Assembly (NCBI GenBank): GCA_001938485.1
Contig: MQRK01167228.1
Location: 1 to 64,000 of the forward strand
Reading direction: 5' to 3'
Source: Girardia tigrina
Taxonomy: Eukaryota
DNA: 64,000 nt
Position 1 is the first letter of the stretch. Every line of letters starts with the position of its first letter. Below are positions 36,741 through 50,200 of the stretch, piece by piece. The translations under genes and the position numbers were made by a program. The notes below the pieces were generated by a model. It was given only the letters and a program-made list of their open reading frames with translations, searched no databases and was not told where the DNA came from.

Positions 36741-38779
36741 TGAAGAAAACAGAAATAAAAATAAAACCAATTTTACAATATTATTCTATAGTAATTTTTG
36801 AGTGTGTTGTTATTCTTATTTGTATTTTTTTATCTTTTTAGAAAATTGAAAATTGTGTTTTTTGGCTTTTGATTTTCTATTTTAGATTCTCAAATAGTAA
36901 TTGTGGTGGAATTTAGATCTAATATTTTTTAAAATTCCAAATGAATTTTTTATCTTGAAACAATTAAACGTTTTTATTTTAACGCATCCAAAAACAATGT
37001 AAAATAGCATACGGAAAAAATTTTGACGGAATTTTCAAAACTTAATTTATTTAAAGTTACGTTTCATGTGACGCTTTTTGAGCTTTTTTTATGACGGTGA
37101 AAAAAATACCGTATTTGTCAATCCCGAAAGTCATCAATGATTTTGGCTATATGGCATTGAAATTATTGCCGCTTCGACGAGACCTTCAGGGATTGTTCCC
37201 TGATCGAGACTTGGCGAATGAGATTCATCCATTAACGACGATTTGCCTCCAATACAAACCGAAAAATGGAAAATCGAAGTCTCATGGATTCATTGTCAGT
37301 GGGACGGAGTGCAGTATTGGTGGCGAAGCAACAGAATCGTGAGAGAAAATTTGATTTAGAGAAGATGTCAATATTAATTTTAGATTATCTTTAGCAAGTT
37401 GTGGAAGTATTTGGTTTGTGCTCAAAAGAATCAAATTAAGAATAGTTCTCAATATCACACAAAATAATTGACAATGTATACGTTCGATTTTAGTTCCACA
37501 AACGTAATAATTTCAAACGATTTATCATCTCGTATGTCCATATAACGCATTACATCTAACACTGATTTAAAAAGAGCAACTGATCGAGTTATTCCGTCAA
37601 GGTGTTTTTTATTTGCTTTTAATTCAACAATATAACAATTAAAACATTTTGGAATTAATTCAACATGGAATCTTTATTCAATTCCGAAAATTGATCAATA
37701 CTCTGCGTCGATTGCAAACGACTTATTTCGTCTTTTAAATGAATTTCATCGATATTCGATGATTTATCATCCGCGTATTTGATCATTTCGACAAATAAAT
37801 ATGCATATGACGTTAAATTAGTTTCTCCACGTAATTGACAAATTCCTTTCACAAGGTTGGCAAGATTTTGCCATTTCAAAATTTGATTATAATTAAATGG
37901 AAAAATTCAAAATTAAAAGGCAATTTAAACTTTTTCCAAACTTTATTTATCATAATTAATCGATTTAAACAAAAAAACATTTGTGTCATTATTTTCCCGA
38001 ATTGTGTATTTATTGAAATTCTGATAACATATCAACAATACACACATACACTATTACATCTCACATATCAATTACATTCAAACACACCTGAATCATTTTA
38101 TATTACAATTTATACACACAGACACATATCGAGAAATCAATGAAATCATCGATCATTTTTACTCGGATTTCATTTTGATTTCAAATCTGAACGAAATTTC
38201 GGTAATTGGCGAACGATATCCGGAGATCTTCCAGCAGAATAGTGTATTTTATCGTTTCGCTATTAATTTAATTAAATTATTTAAATTGTTTATTTTACTT
38301 GTTTATTTTTACTTTAATTAATTTACTTTAATTTAATGATTTTATTTAATTATTATTTTAATTTAATTACTTTATTTACATTTACTTTTAATTTAATACT
38401 GCATTTAATTTTTTAATTTCCTTTACTTATTTAATTTTATTTTATTTATTTAAAATTTTAATTTAAATTTGGCTCAAGTAATGGTCAAAGACAATCGCAA
38501 CGCGAACAGTATACAAACAAATTGTTCCCTTAAAAATTTTGCTAGGTTTGTGAACGGGCAATAAATCATGATCAAAAAGGCTCGTGGCTGCGTTCAGGAG
38601 AGGAATAGTGAACGTATCAAAGAAGCAAGATTCAATTATGCATATAGATACGGTGCCAAAAGCTGGAAAATGCGCCAATGTATATATACAGATAAAATTG
38701 GATTACGCCTGTGAACCCAAAGACCATACGGTAGATCGCAGAAAGGATGTCCGGTAAATGTAACCGTACTGACAAACCG

Positions 38780-40070
38780 TGGCAGTAACATAACGTTGTT
38801 AGGATTATGATCTTATTAATAGTTCAAAAATCATCTTATCTCGAATGGAACCGATTTTACGTTCTGCTAATCCATTAGACTAGTGCTGTTATTGAGATGA
38901 TAATTCTTGGATAATACAAAATTGCCTACAACTTCGCTTCTCCATAGTTCATTAAAATATTATTACCTCAGTCAGACAAGAGCGATTTGAATTTCGCATA
39001 ATAATCCAAAAGTTTAGATTTACCCTGACTATCGGTTCTTCTTCATAATATCAGAGCCACGAAGACGACCATTTAGTTAAAATTGTCAGTTAATACTAAA
39101 ACCTTTTATCTATGAAAACTTTCTTGAAAAATTGGAAATTCCTGTGTAGAAAAAGTTCTTTAATGGATGTTATCGTAAATTGCTTTTTCTACTTTGTGAG
39201 GAATATATTCTAGTGGTGTTTCTAAAATGCTGTATTTTGTATGTTGGTATGAAAATATATCTCCGCTATTCAGATAGAAGAGGGCTATTGTGAGTGTCTT
39301 TGATACTCATGTTAGTCGTATAATATTTATTAAATTGTAAATACAAAATTTTTACGTTAAAAATATTTCAAAATAATTATGGAACTTTTAATTTTAAGAT
39401 TAACTAAAATGTCTATTATTTTTTTTTCTTTTTGTTTGATTGTTTTATCACTAAATAAAGATACTTTATTTGCATGTGTTATATATTTTATAAAGGTTTT
39501 GAATTGCTCTATCATAATACATAATTGATAATTGATAATACATAATTCATAATTGCTCTATCATAATATAATCGAACATTTATTGAATTATAAAAAAATT
39601 AAGTTTGTCCTTTGACGCCATTATTGGAAACAAGACTTCTGACAAGTAGTTGATTCAAAAAGATTAATGTTTTTAAGTGCATGTTTATATTACATTTAAA
39701 CAACGTTACTAATTAATATTTATTAATTTTTTATATAACACACCTATTTATTTTCCTGAGTTGAAAACCTTGTAATTGACTGAAAGCCAATTCTTATTTA
39801 TTTTTAAAGTTTGATTTTATAATTTCATTTCATTCCGTTCCTCACTTTCTTCATCTTTGCCCTGCTCTTCTTCTTTATCATACATTAACTTAATTTGGTC
39901 TTCGTGGGCCAGAAGAGGTACTTGAGAACCGTTGCGTTCGATAATAAAATGATTTATTTATTTTCTGCAATTATCTTAGCTGCATTACCATTAAAATGTT
40001 ATTTTACAAGTGAACCAGTTTGAACATAATATGAGACCCTGATTTGCCGTCCCATTAAGAGTACCGCATA
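38780..40070 (-). mobile_element. Highly decayed Gypsy integrase remnants
   Basis: QH*SNGLAERKIGSIRD near 38840-38890; AVLLMGRQIR near 40040-40068. Confidence 0.5.
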
Positions 40071-40844
40071 TTTTTATGTTGTTCTTTTAAAATAGTTAAG
40101 TAAAGCTTTTTCAAGGTGTACATCAAAATTTCCGAATTGTGATTTCCAAATATTCATTTCTTTCTTTGGTCCAAAGTAATGATATTTTTAGAAATGGACA
40201 ATGATTGATTTTCATATGAGGTATTGATAAAGTTTTCAATATTACGGAAGAAATTGCAGCTCTGAAAGACATTCATGGATATATCACTAGTGAAGTCATA
40301 TATTCACAAGTGTTGAAGATTTTTAACATGTACAACTTAAAATTGTTCAATTTAAGAAGTGTAGCAATAGATGGGAAATTACGAAGTCAGAGTATATCAT
40401 ATATATCATACAGACGATGCATATATTTCAGTTCATTCTGTGATCTGTGCGTTAGAATGTCCCTTATTGGTTATCTGTAAATGCGTGTACCATCATGCTG
40501 ACATGCCAAATTCTTATAAATATACTGTAGAGAACGGTGACACTCTTGCTATAGGCAAATTCCCACATAATATGCGTACACAGACAGGCACACATGTAGA
40601 TTGCTCAGAACCAATTAGATGATGACTCAATGGACTCTGCAAATATGTGGTCAAGTGTTGAATGATGAGTGTTTTGCACAATCTACTAAAGTTATGTAGC
40701 TCACTGTTCGATGAGTAGTTAGACACACACACAAAGTTAAACATTGTCTCTACTTCTTATTGGTTTATACAATCATGATGGAAAATGAGACAGAAAGACA
40801 GATATCTGTAGTATTTCTTTATTATGTCAGTGAGCATTGTAACA

Positions 40845-42450
40845 ATGGCTGATATAAATCGTGAAACAAAGGGTAAAGTGCTACTTTTGGCGGATAAAGT
40901 GATCATTATTCGGGCTCTGGACGCTTGTTGTAAGAAGAGTAAAGTGGTAAGCGAGTTCAAAATTCCACCGAGTTACTTAAGTACCATTTTAAAAGCAAAA
41001 GCGCAGATCTTGACGAATATCAAAAGTATGGAGCTCACAGTAGTGACCGAAAGTGAATAAAACTGTCTCCAGTACAACCAGTAGAAAATGCACTGGAATT
41101 ATGGCATACGAAAAAGCCAGTGAACGGTACCCCAATATCTAGAACGTTACTTAAAACAAAAGCTATGGGATTTGCAGCCCGAATTGGATTTTCTACCTTC
41201 CAAGCAAGCATAAGTTTTTTAGAGAACTTCAAGAAACGTCATGGAATCAGATTTAAAACAATCCAAGATGACGGTTCCTCCGTCGATCAAGAAGCAGCAG
41301 ATATATAGATGAAAAATGAATGACTGCTACTATGTGAGAAATTTAAACCGGAGGATATTTTCAACGCTGACAAAACTGATTTATTCTTGAGACTGCAACC
41401 TAATAAAACTTTGACATTCAAAGAAGACAAATGCTTTGAAGGAAAAAAGTCGAAAGAAAGCATCACAATCCTATTGTGCAGCAAAATGACCGGAACAGAG
41501 AAGCGACTCTTAGTCATCGGAATAGTGAGGAACCCTCGCTGTTTCAAAAATGTGCACCAATTGCCGACCTCCTTTACGGCAAATTGCAAAGCGTGGATGG
41601 CCGCCGATACCTGGGAAGAATGGGTGAAAGCTCTAAACGAGGACACGAAAAATCAGAATCGAAGAGTTATTTTAATCACTGACAATGCATCTGTTCATCA
41701 CCAAGGGCTGCATTTTAATCAAGTCTATCTGATATTGCTTTCCCAAACGTAACCAGCAGAATCCAGTCAATGGACAAAGGAATCATTCAGTATGCAAAAG
41801 TTCTTTACCGCACAGCATTTCTAAAGAGACTGATTCTTCATTTTGAAGCTAGTCTGCATGTGAGCGACTTCACATTCTCTCTACTCGATGTCTCGTGTAT
41901 TCTTGATGTTTCATAGGGGAGTGTCACTGCATCTACAATCAGGAACTGTTTTCAGAACACAGCGTGGAATGCAGATTCAATTCCGATTGAGGATGGCAAC
42001 ATTAAGGTAGGATACTGTACAACTTATTCATTTTTGGGGCTCGTCACCCTACCTCTAATCTCTTCCTCTCTTTTGTTTTTCTTTGCAACTCATGCAGGAT
42101 TATTTGGAAAAGTTGACAGCTACTACTAACTTATTGTTGGGGAACAGACGGAAAAAATTCCCTTTGATGTGTATGCTAAGGTGGATGAGAACGTCCTTAT
42201 CGAGAGAGACCTAACCGACACCAACATCTTATAAAATGTCAGGACGAGTGGAGGTGAGAATGAAATTTCTACGGAAGACGAGGATGAGAAATCTACCCAA
42301 GCGTTACCATCATTGGCAGAAACACTTGCTGCCATTTCTGTCATCAGACAGTACTGTTCCAAGATGATTTAGTAATCACAAACAAGTGAAGAAAGAATCC
42401 TTGAAAGTCGAATGAAGAATACAAAGCAGAGTAAAATAACTAATTATTAT
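40845..42450 (+). mobile_element. Tigger/pogo (CENP-B HTH + DDE_1) transposase pseudogene
   Basis: FQASISFLENFKKRHGI, IFNADKTDLF, SKESITILLC, NCKAWM, ILITDNASVH, IQSMDKGII, terminal KQSKITNYY. Several stops. Confidence 0.88.
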
Positions 42451-42689
42451 GCATTCTTGAATATATCAAATGTCTATTATTATTAAAATGATTATCATGA
42501 CCAATAATGAAAATTATAATTGCATAATTTTGAAAATGATAACTTGTGCCAATTGATTAGCTGTCCACATAGCAAATAACACTACACACAAACTAACATT
42601 TGTTTCATCATGAAAGCTTTTATGGCTGGGTAACAAGAAGATAATTTTATTCACATAAATTCACACAAATATGGGAGAAATAACCAGTT

Positions 42690-43883
42690 ACTGGGTATGA
42701 ACCAGGTCATTTTCACATTAATGATGTGAAAAATAATCATATTTCATTTATTTACTTGTTTCTGAAATGGAAAAGAAGAAAGATACTACAGAGTCCCAAA
42801 AGGCTGGTTGCTCTTCTTAAAGGTGGTAGACATGCAATTGTGAAATCGCAGATCACATTGGAGTCTGTACAAGGACCGTCCAGCGTATCAAGAAACAAGA
42901 TACTTCCAGTACTTCTCGAATTGGGCAATGTGGACGCAAAAGTGCGACATCCTTTCAGACAGATCGCCAAATTCGTCGGCTTATGCTGCATAACCCCTAA
43001 GCAACTTCACATTAATTGGCTGGTGCTCTTCAAACCACTGGAGTGTCAGGTGTGTCCTACAACAGTGCAAAGTAGACTCAAGGAGCAAGGAGTTATGAGT
43101 GTAAAATCAATTCCTAAGCCTTTACTGACTGCTGCAATGCGCAAGAAACGTCTTCAGTGGCCCAATGATCATGCTGGTTGGAGTGTCGAGGATTGGTCAA
43201 AAGTTTGTTTTTCAGTCGAGTCCTCCTTTCAGTGTAAAGGAGCAGATTGTGCAGGTTGCAGGTTGTAGAGAAAACTATGAACTCCGATCAATATATGGAA
43301 GTTCTCACAACTCAGATGATTCCACAAGGACATGAGTGGTTTCCTACTGGTGATTTAGTATTTATACAAGATGGGGCACCTTGCCACACCAGAAGGAAAT
43401 CCATGCAATGCCTCGCCGACAATCATGTTTCAGTTTTACCATGGTCGAGCAATAGTCCAGTCCTCAACCAAATTGAGACCCTCTGGGCTATTGTCAAGCG
43501 CAGTTTACAAAAGCAAACAATTCTTACTAAAGAAGGAATCGTCACCTCTCTCTTATCTGCTTGGATAACGGATATTTCTATTATGGTTACCTGTCGAAAG
43601 TTGATTGAGTCAATGCCACAGTGGGTACAAGCCATTATTGCAGCAAAAGGTGGTAATACCAAATTTTGACTTTAATGTATTATTTATTAAACGGATATTC
43701 ATTATGTAAATTTCTTTTAAATCCTGGAAATAAAGTATTGAATAGTTGTTACTGCCTTTCAATATCTCTTTCCTTGTAAAAGTAAGAAATTTTATATGCA
43801 CATGCGAATTTGAAACATTTAAGCAAATGTATCTGTAAAAACCTAAAATTTTATGGGGGTAAATATTAATTTGTACCCTACTG
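42690..43883 (+). mobile_element. Tc1-like (DD34E) element, decayed
   Basis: KPLLTAAMRKKRLQW, WSKVCFSVES, FIQDGAPCHT, WSSNSPVLNQIETLW, AIIAAKGGNTKF. Right end ...ACCCTACTG followed by TA. Confidence 0.88.
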
Positions 43884-44204
43884 TATACCCGGAAACAAAT
43901 TTTATACCAAGGAATACCGAGATTTTTTAATCGGAAAAATATATTAAAAAATAATTTCAAGTTACTAAAAAGAAGTCTGTAACAATACATTTTACGGTAA
44001 CGAGTTAATGCCCGAAAATCATTTCCCGTTTTTATTTGTAACAGATTTAAGTAAACATTTATTTGTTTTGTAAAAGTTTTCCCTGTGAACATTTGAATTG
44101 TTTAATTAAAACGAATCCAATTTTCTATCGCATTTCATTGTCAATCAAGAAATAAGAAACATAATTTGATAATAACAGTAAAACATATCTGTGTTTGGTC
44201 GTCA

Positions 44205-47200
44205 TTAAAATGACGAGGCAAAATCATTAGTAATATTAGAAATATGTTGAAGAATGTTTTTCGTTTCCGGATTTGCAAGCCAATGGTTGAGATTTTTTGG
44301 ATTATCGACTATGTTTAGAAACGCTAAATAAAGTATTATAGGTTATTTAAATCGATTGTAGAGTAATATGGGGAAATGTGATGTAAATACTTTTCTCACC
44401 TAACAAAGAGTAAATATTCAACAGTCCGAGTTGAATATCGGGATTTGATAGAATAGTCATTATTAATTCGTGATCTAACGAATAACCTTCGATATCGTTT
44501 TCGTTTTCCGAATCGATTATTAAACTAGACGGATTCAGCAAAGAATCGACCTACCGACAGATGTTTATTTTCATACATGACAGACAAATGAAATTAATTA
44601 CAGCAGCCATTTCATTATTATTATTGATTCTGAGAGCTTCATTTACAGTTGATTCCTCAAATCCCATATCAATCAACCGTTCTCGAATCGCAACATGAGG
44701 TCGGAAAAATTTACGATTATAATCTCGATAAAGTTTCAAAATAACTTTGGCTGGCATTGGTTTAACGAACATTTCCCCGTTGGTGTCTTTAATCCATTTA
44801 ATACTGATATCAGTCATGTCCTAAATCAGAGTCATTTTTATAAATCTCTTTCTGTATTCTATCGCCAAAATAGCGCAATATAATTCAAATCAAATACAAA
44901 AGAAGTGACTTGTTTTGGAAAACAAAATAAATAAATCAAAAAGTCCGTAAAATCTTTTTCAACAGTTACATCCTTCTTATAATCAAAACAAAATTTATAA
45001 TGACAATATATTAATGAATAAAATCACTGATTTTTTTATACTTCTAAAACCCGTCAAGTTCAGGTGCAAAATAAAATTTTATTAGTGATTCATGTATATT
45101 CTTAGTAGTTCAGTAATAATAGAAAGGCTGAATTGTCAAAATATGGTCAAAATTTAAGGGATAAGAATTTTTTGTATGAACTGTAAATGATTGTCTAAGG
45201 TGCAGCCCGTACGGGAATGGTGGTACGGACATGGGCACGGGCTTGGATTTCATTAATTGTTATATAATACACTATATATATATATATATTGCATTATATA
45301 TAATAAATTTTTTATATATTAAAACATTAATAAAAACAAATAAAGGAAAAATAAAATTAATACAATGAGCCGCATATTTCAAGGGTAGAACCGAAGGCCT
45401 TTTTAGAAGAAACTGCATTAGTAGCATCAATCATATTTTTGGCATTATCTATAATTCACGAAATTACAACAATCTCGTAATTGCGCCCAAATTCCAAAGC
45501 TTGTAAAATAAAATTCGAAGCAAGTAAGAAAAGCAGGTGTATTTGGATTGAAAGATGCTTTTCATGGGAAAAAAATTTTTCCATCCATCAGTGGCCAACA
45601 ACTCCCCTTTTCCATGTCGGTTTTAAAAAAATTCCTTTTCAGATTTGTAGCAAATTTTCTATTTCACCTCGAACAATATCACGAGAAATTTTAGGAACGT
45701 TTAATCCCTTTAACTATGATTGGATCGACAAAAAAATTGTTAAGGCAAAACATGTTTGGAACAGCATAAAGTTAAGACAGCTTTGGAGGTATTTGATAAT
45801 CAGAAAAACGATTCTTTTTCAATCTTTGAAAAGTTAAAATTGAGAATGGACCGTTGACTAGATGAACTTCTCATTTTTGTTTAATGGTAAAAACACAACA
45901 ATTATTAAAAATCAAATATTTATTTTATTATGGTTTTATTATTAATGACATTTTAAAAAGTTTGGTTAAAAATAAATAGTAAAAAACAAAATAATTGATA
46001 AAAATCAAATATTAATTTTATTAAAATTTTAAAATTAACTACTTAGTCAGATATTTAGAAAGGTCAATTCCCGTACGGACACGGGCCTAAAAATACGGCG
46101 ACGGGCACAGACGGGCAAAATATTATGGGCAGCGTGCACGGGCATGGTTCGGGCCGCACCCTAGATGATCGTATTGAAATAGTTTAAAACACGAATGATA
46201 AAATGTATAATAAGAGAAGATATTTCGATCCCTTAACAAAGATTTTGTAATAGTTGAATGAAATGATGTAAAAGATTTTTATACGTGGAATTAAGAGACT
46301 GAAAACAATAATTAATTGAAAAGTTTGCGAAGCGTCATCTATTAATCAGCACTAAGAGCGAACAACTATTCTATTTCAAAGTTTCATCTTTTATATGATC
46401 ATATGTTGAATTTCAATTCGGTCTATCAATAGGGTTGCCATCAACTAATTAGAAAAAGTAAGGACACATTCGAAATAAGGACGGTAACTACCCAACCCTT
46501 ATACATCGCTCCCCAGACTGTAGAGGGGCGTAGGTACTTTACTGTCCACATATTTTTAAATCTCTTATTCATTTTGATTACAAGATTACAATCCCACAAA
46601 CAAACAGAAATTACTGGGTTCCAATGTTGAATATGTATATCATCTCTTAATGTTGATATTAATGTAGTGTGAAATCCACACACAAAGTTGTTGAAAAGAA
46701 AATAAATTTTCTCAAAAAGGTTGGGTCAATAATTTTAAGCAAAGTAAGAAAAAAAGTAAGAACTGTCCATATCAAGTAAGGTGGCAAACCTATCTGTCAA
46801 ATCAATCGTATTAAAAATTACTTTAAGTACACGTGTCGATGTTAGTTTTCAAAATGAAAAAAAACGATTTACTCTATAGTTTATTTTTGCGAACTGTAAA
46901 AAACATTTTCATGACAAAAAATCTAAAGATCATGGAAATGCCTAGATAATTGGTAAATGTGTTTGGAAATACTTATCCTTCGAAATCATTGGTTTCTAAG
47001 TGAATAGGTGGTTGTGAAAACTATAGAATACTACGAGACACGAAGGTAGCGTCAAAAAGTACTACTTCCGTAAAAATAATTATTCTACACATGAATATAG
47101 ATGACAGATTAATTACATTTCAACTGAAAAACTGTTTCACATAGAATTTCTTAAATTTTGTATGAAAAATATGCCGTTTCTTAACAATTAGAAAGATGGA

Positions 47201-50200
47201 GTCACAGCTTGTTCTCCTCTAGCACTAAATTTGATATCAAAATTTATGAAATTTCTTGAAGATCAAATCGATAAATGAACTATATAAAGTTTAACTGGGA
47301 TGTGTTACCACGCAAATCATTTAGTTCTGATATGGCCCAATAAGATTTTCGCATGTTTTTTCCATGTAAATTTTTTTCATTTTGGGTAAAATTTTATTTT
47401 AGACAACCACGGTAAAACGTATTTGGAAAAATTTTTCGCTGAAAAAAGAAATATTCTACAAAAGAGAAATGATAAAGTGACCTGAAAAATGATAAACGAT
47501 TATAAAAAAAATGGTCGATATATTAATTACTGGAGTGCCTTTTGAATTCCTTAATATTATGATAAAACCGAAACAACTTTTGAGCAATTAAGCAGATTCT
47601 TTACGTGAAAGAATATTACGTACAATCTATTTAAAAGACAAGTTTATTAAACTATGCGTTAACTTAATTAGATGGTAAGAAACTCTAAATTTTTTAAATC
47701 TTGTAAACAATCAAAAATAAAAATTGTTTAATTCCAATAAACATTAAAAATTAAAGCTAAAATCATTTAATAAATATTGATAAATCAACTTTGTTAAATA
47801 TATCATTAAAAGTAATCGAGATTGATTAAAACAAACTTAATTATCACTGTTAGGGGGTTTTTGGGGACTTAAATTTTTGAATAATTAATTTGAAATATCA
47901 TAATTAAATAAGTTCAAATAATTTATTTATATAAATTTTTAAAAAATAAATATTTCGGATTAATAAGAAAAATTGTAATTAAATTTTAATTTATTAGACA
48001 AGAATATTTGGAAATAAATAATTCGGAGTAACAAACATTGTAAAATAAAATTAAGTTGTAAAATAAAACAATTAATTGTAACTCAAAATTTGTATTCAAA
48101 AAATAATTATAATCAAATGTTTTTAAAAATTGAGTTGTAAAATAAAAATTCATGTTTTATTTAAGTTAAATCTCCAAGTTTCACTTCAGAATTCATAATA
48201 ACAACAAGTAGAATTTATTTAATATTTACAATCTTTTTAGAATACTTAAACAAATTAATTATCACAACTGTCCCCTCTTTTATAATTCGTTATTTACTTT
48301 CTTAATCCACTCGATTCTTCGACGATTTATGTTTCCATCTTTCAGATTCTGTAGTTCCAATTGATGTGGCGATATATGTCTTAAAATTTGGTGAAATTAT
48401 TGTGAAGAAATTATTGATTTGTGTGAAGAATTAATGTATGATAATTCTGACTGTGAATGAAGTACTTGAACAATGATGCAATGTAAGAACTTAAGTTTTC
48501 TGCCAAAATGTACCATTTCTTTTTAAAGATGAATGATGCATTCAGAAAGATAGAGTCGCAATAGGTTCCAAATTAGCACCAATGTTAGTGTAAAAGAGCT
48601 AACTGAAAACGTGTTTCAATGAACTCCTTTAACGTAAAAAAATAAAGATAAATATGTATAAAACTTTTATTTTTACAGAATATAAATAAACATATATAAC
48701 AAAAAAAATCACATACGAGAGAGAGAACGGCACAGATAAATTTCGATTTCGATTTGTGTTTGTTGTTCAAAGGTTTCTTCTATTGTAACAATATCGATGG
48801 AAACGTAAGAGAATCATTCGGTTGCACAACGAGAATTTTGAGAAAATAGATCACATAAAGAGGAGCACTTTCAAGGGGAATATTGATCAATTGGTTTGCA
48901 GAAAACTCCTTTACGAACCGCTTTTACAAGAAAACGCCCCGCAGGCAATATAGTATAATTGTAAACAGTAATATTAATGATTGTTTTTATCGATTGTTTT
49001 TTTATATATAATTTATATATAATAATTGACTGGGTCACTACAGTTAGCATATTTTTTTTAAGTATTTTGAGGATAAAATCAACACATAACCTCGGGAAAA
49101 ATCTGTACTGTACAAGAGATATGTAGATGATATTTTTATTGTTTTCAGAAACCAATTCCGGATAAAACCATTTTTATCATTCTTGAAATGCCTTCATCTT
49201 AATATTAAATTCATAACGGAATCATAAGTAAATAACAAGCTTCTTTTTCTTGACATTCTTGTCACTAGGACGAATGGGAAATATCGAACTGAATTGTACA
49301 GAAAGACAACAGATACAGGTCTACAAAACTCCTCAGAGCTTTTGTGAAGAAAAATATAGAGAGTATGATAAATGGCTTAGTTCACAGTGTTTGGTATTTG
49401 TCTTCGAATTTCGAAATAACAGATCATGGTTTAAATATTCTTAGAGGCCACATGAGGGATAACACGTGCACAAGCTAATGCATTCAGTACCATTTACTAA
49501 GTTTCTTTTGAAATAATGTCATTTCTAACTTCATTAAATTCACATACTAATCAATTAATTTTACATAAAAATCAAATAAAAATATTGATGGAAATAATTT
49601 CTGATAAAACACAAAATGAGTTAATGAAGCTGATATTTAAAGAAAATGTGAATGAAGTTTGTAATAAAACAGTACAAAAATTCGACTTCATAATAGTAAA
49701 ACTACAAAAATTAAATAATAATAATGATTAATAATGATAATAATTAATAACGAATGAGTATTATAAAAGTCGGGTGTAGTTCCGTGCGGGCCCCAGCAAC
49801 AATAAAAGTATGACGATATGTCAAAGATTATCAGCGTTCCAGGAAAAATAATTTAAAAATTAAAAAAAATTATTTAAAATGTTTTTAAAGTCACAAATGT
49901 TAATGGGAAATATGAGTGTTGATTACATAATCACTGGCTTCACTGACTTTTTTTGGTACCGTAGCCTTTGGGCCGTGGGTGCACTCGATTATTCACAAGC
50001 ATATGGCTTGGGTTTGCATATTTTTGAGTGTCTCAGTAGGCGAGGAACCTGGTGGCGCCTATCTCCTCTCCAGGTATGGATGGCCGTTGGCTCCAAGGAG
50101 CTCATCCGCCCTTTGCTAGGTTTTGTTTTTCATCCTGCTAGGTGATCACACACCTCTTCACCCAGGTTGCTCTGGGTGAGACAGCCGGTTTAGTCGCCAA

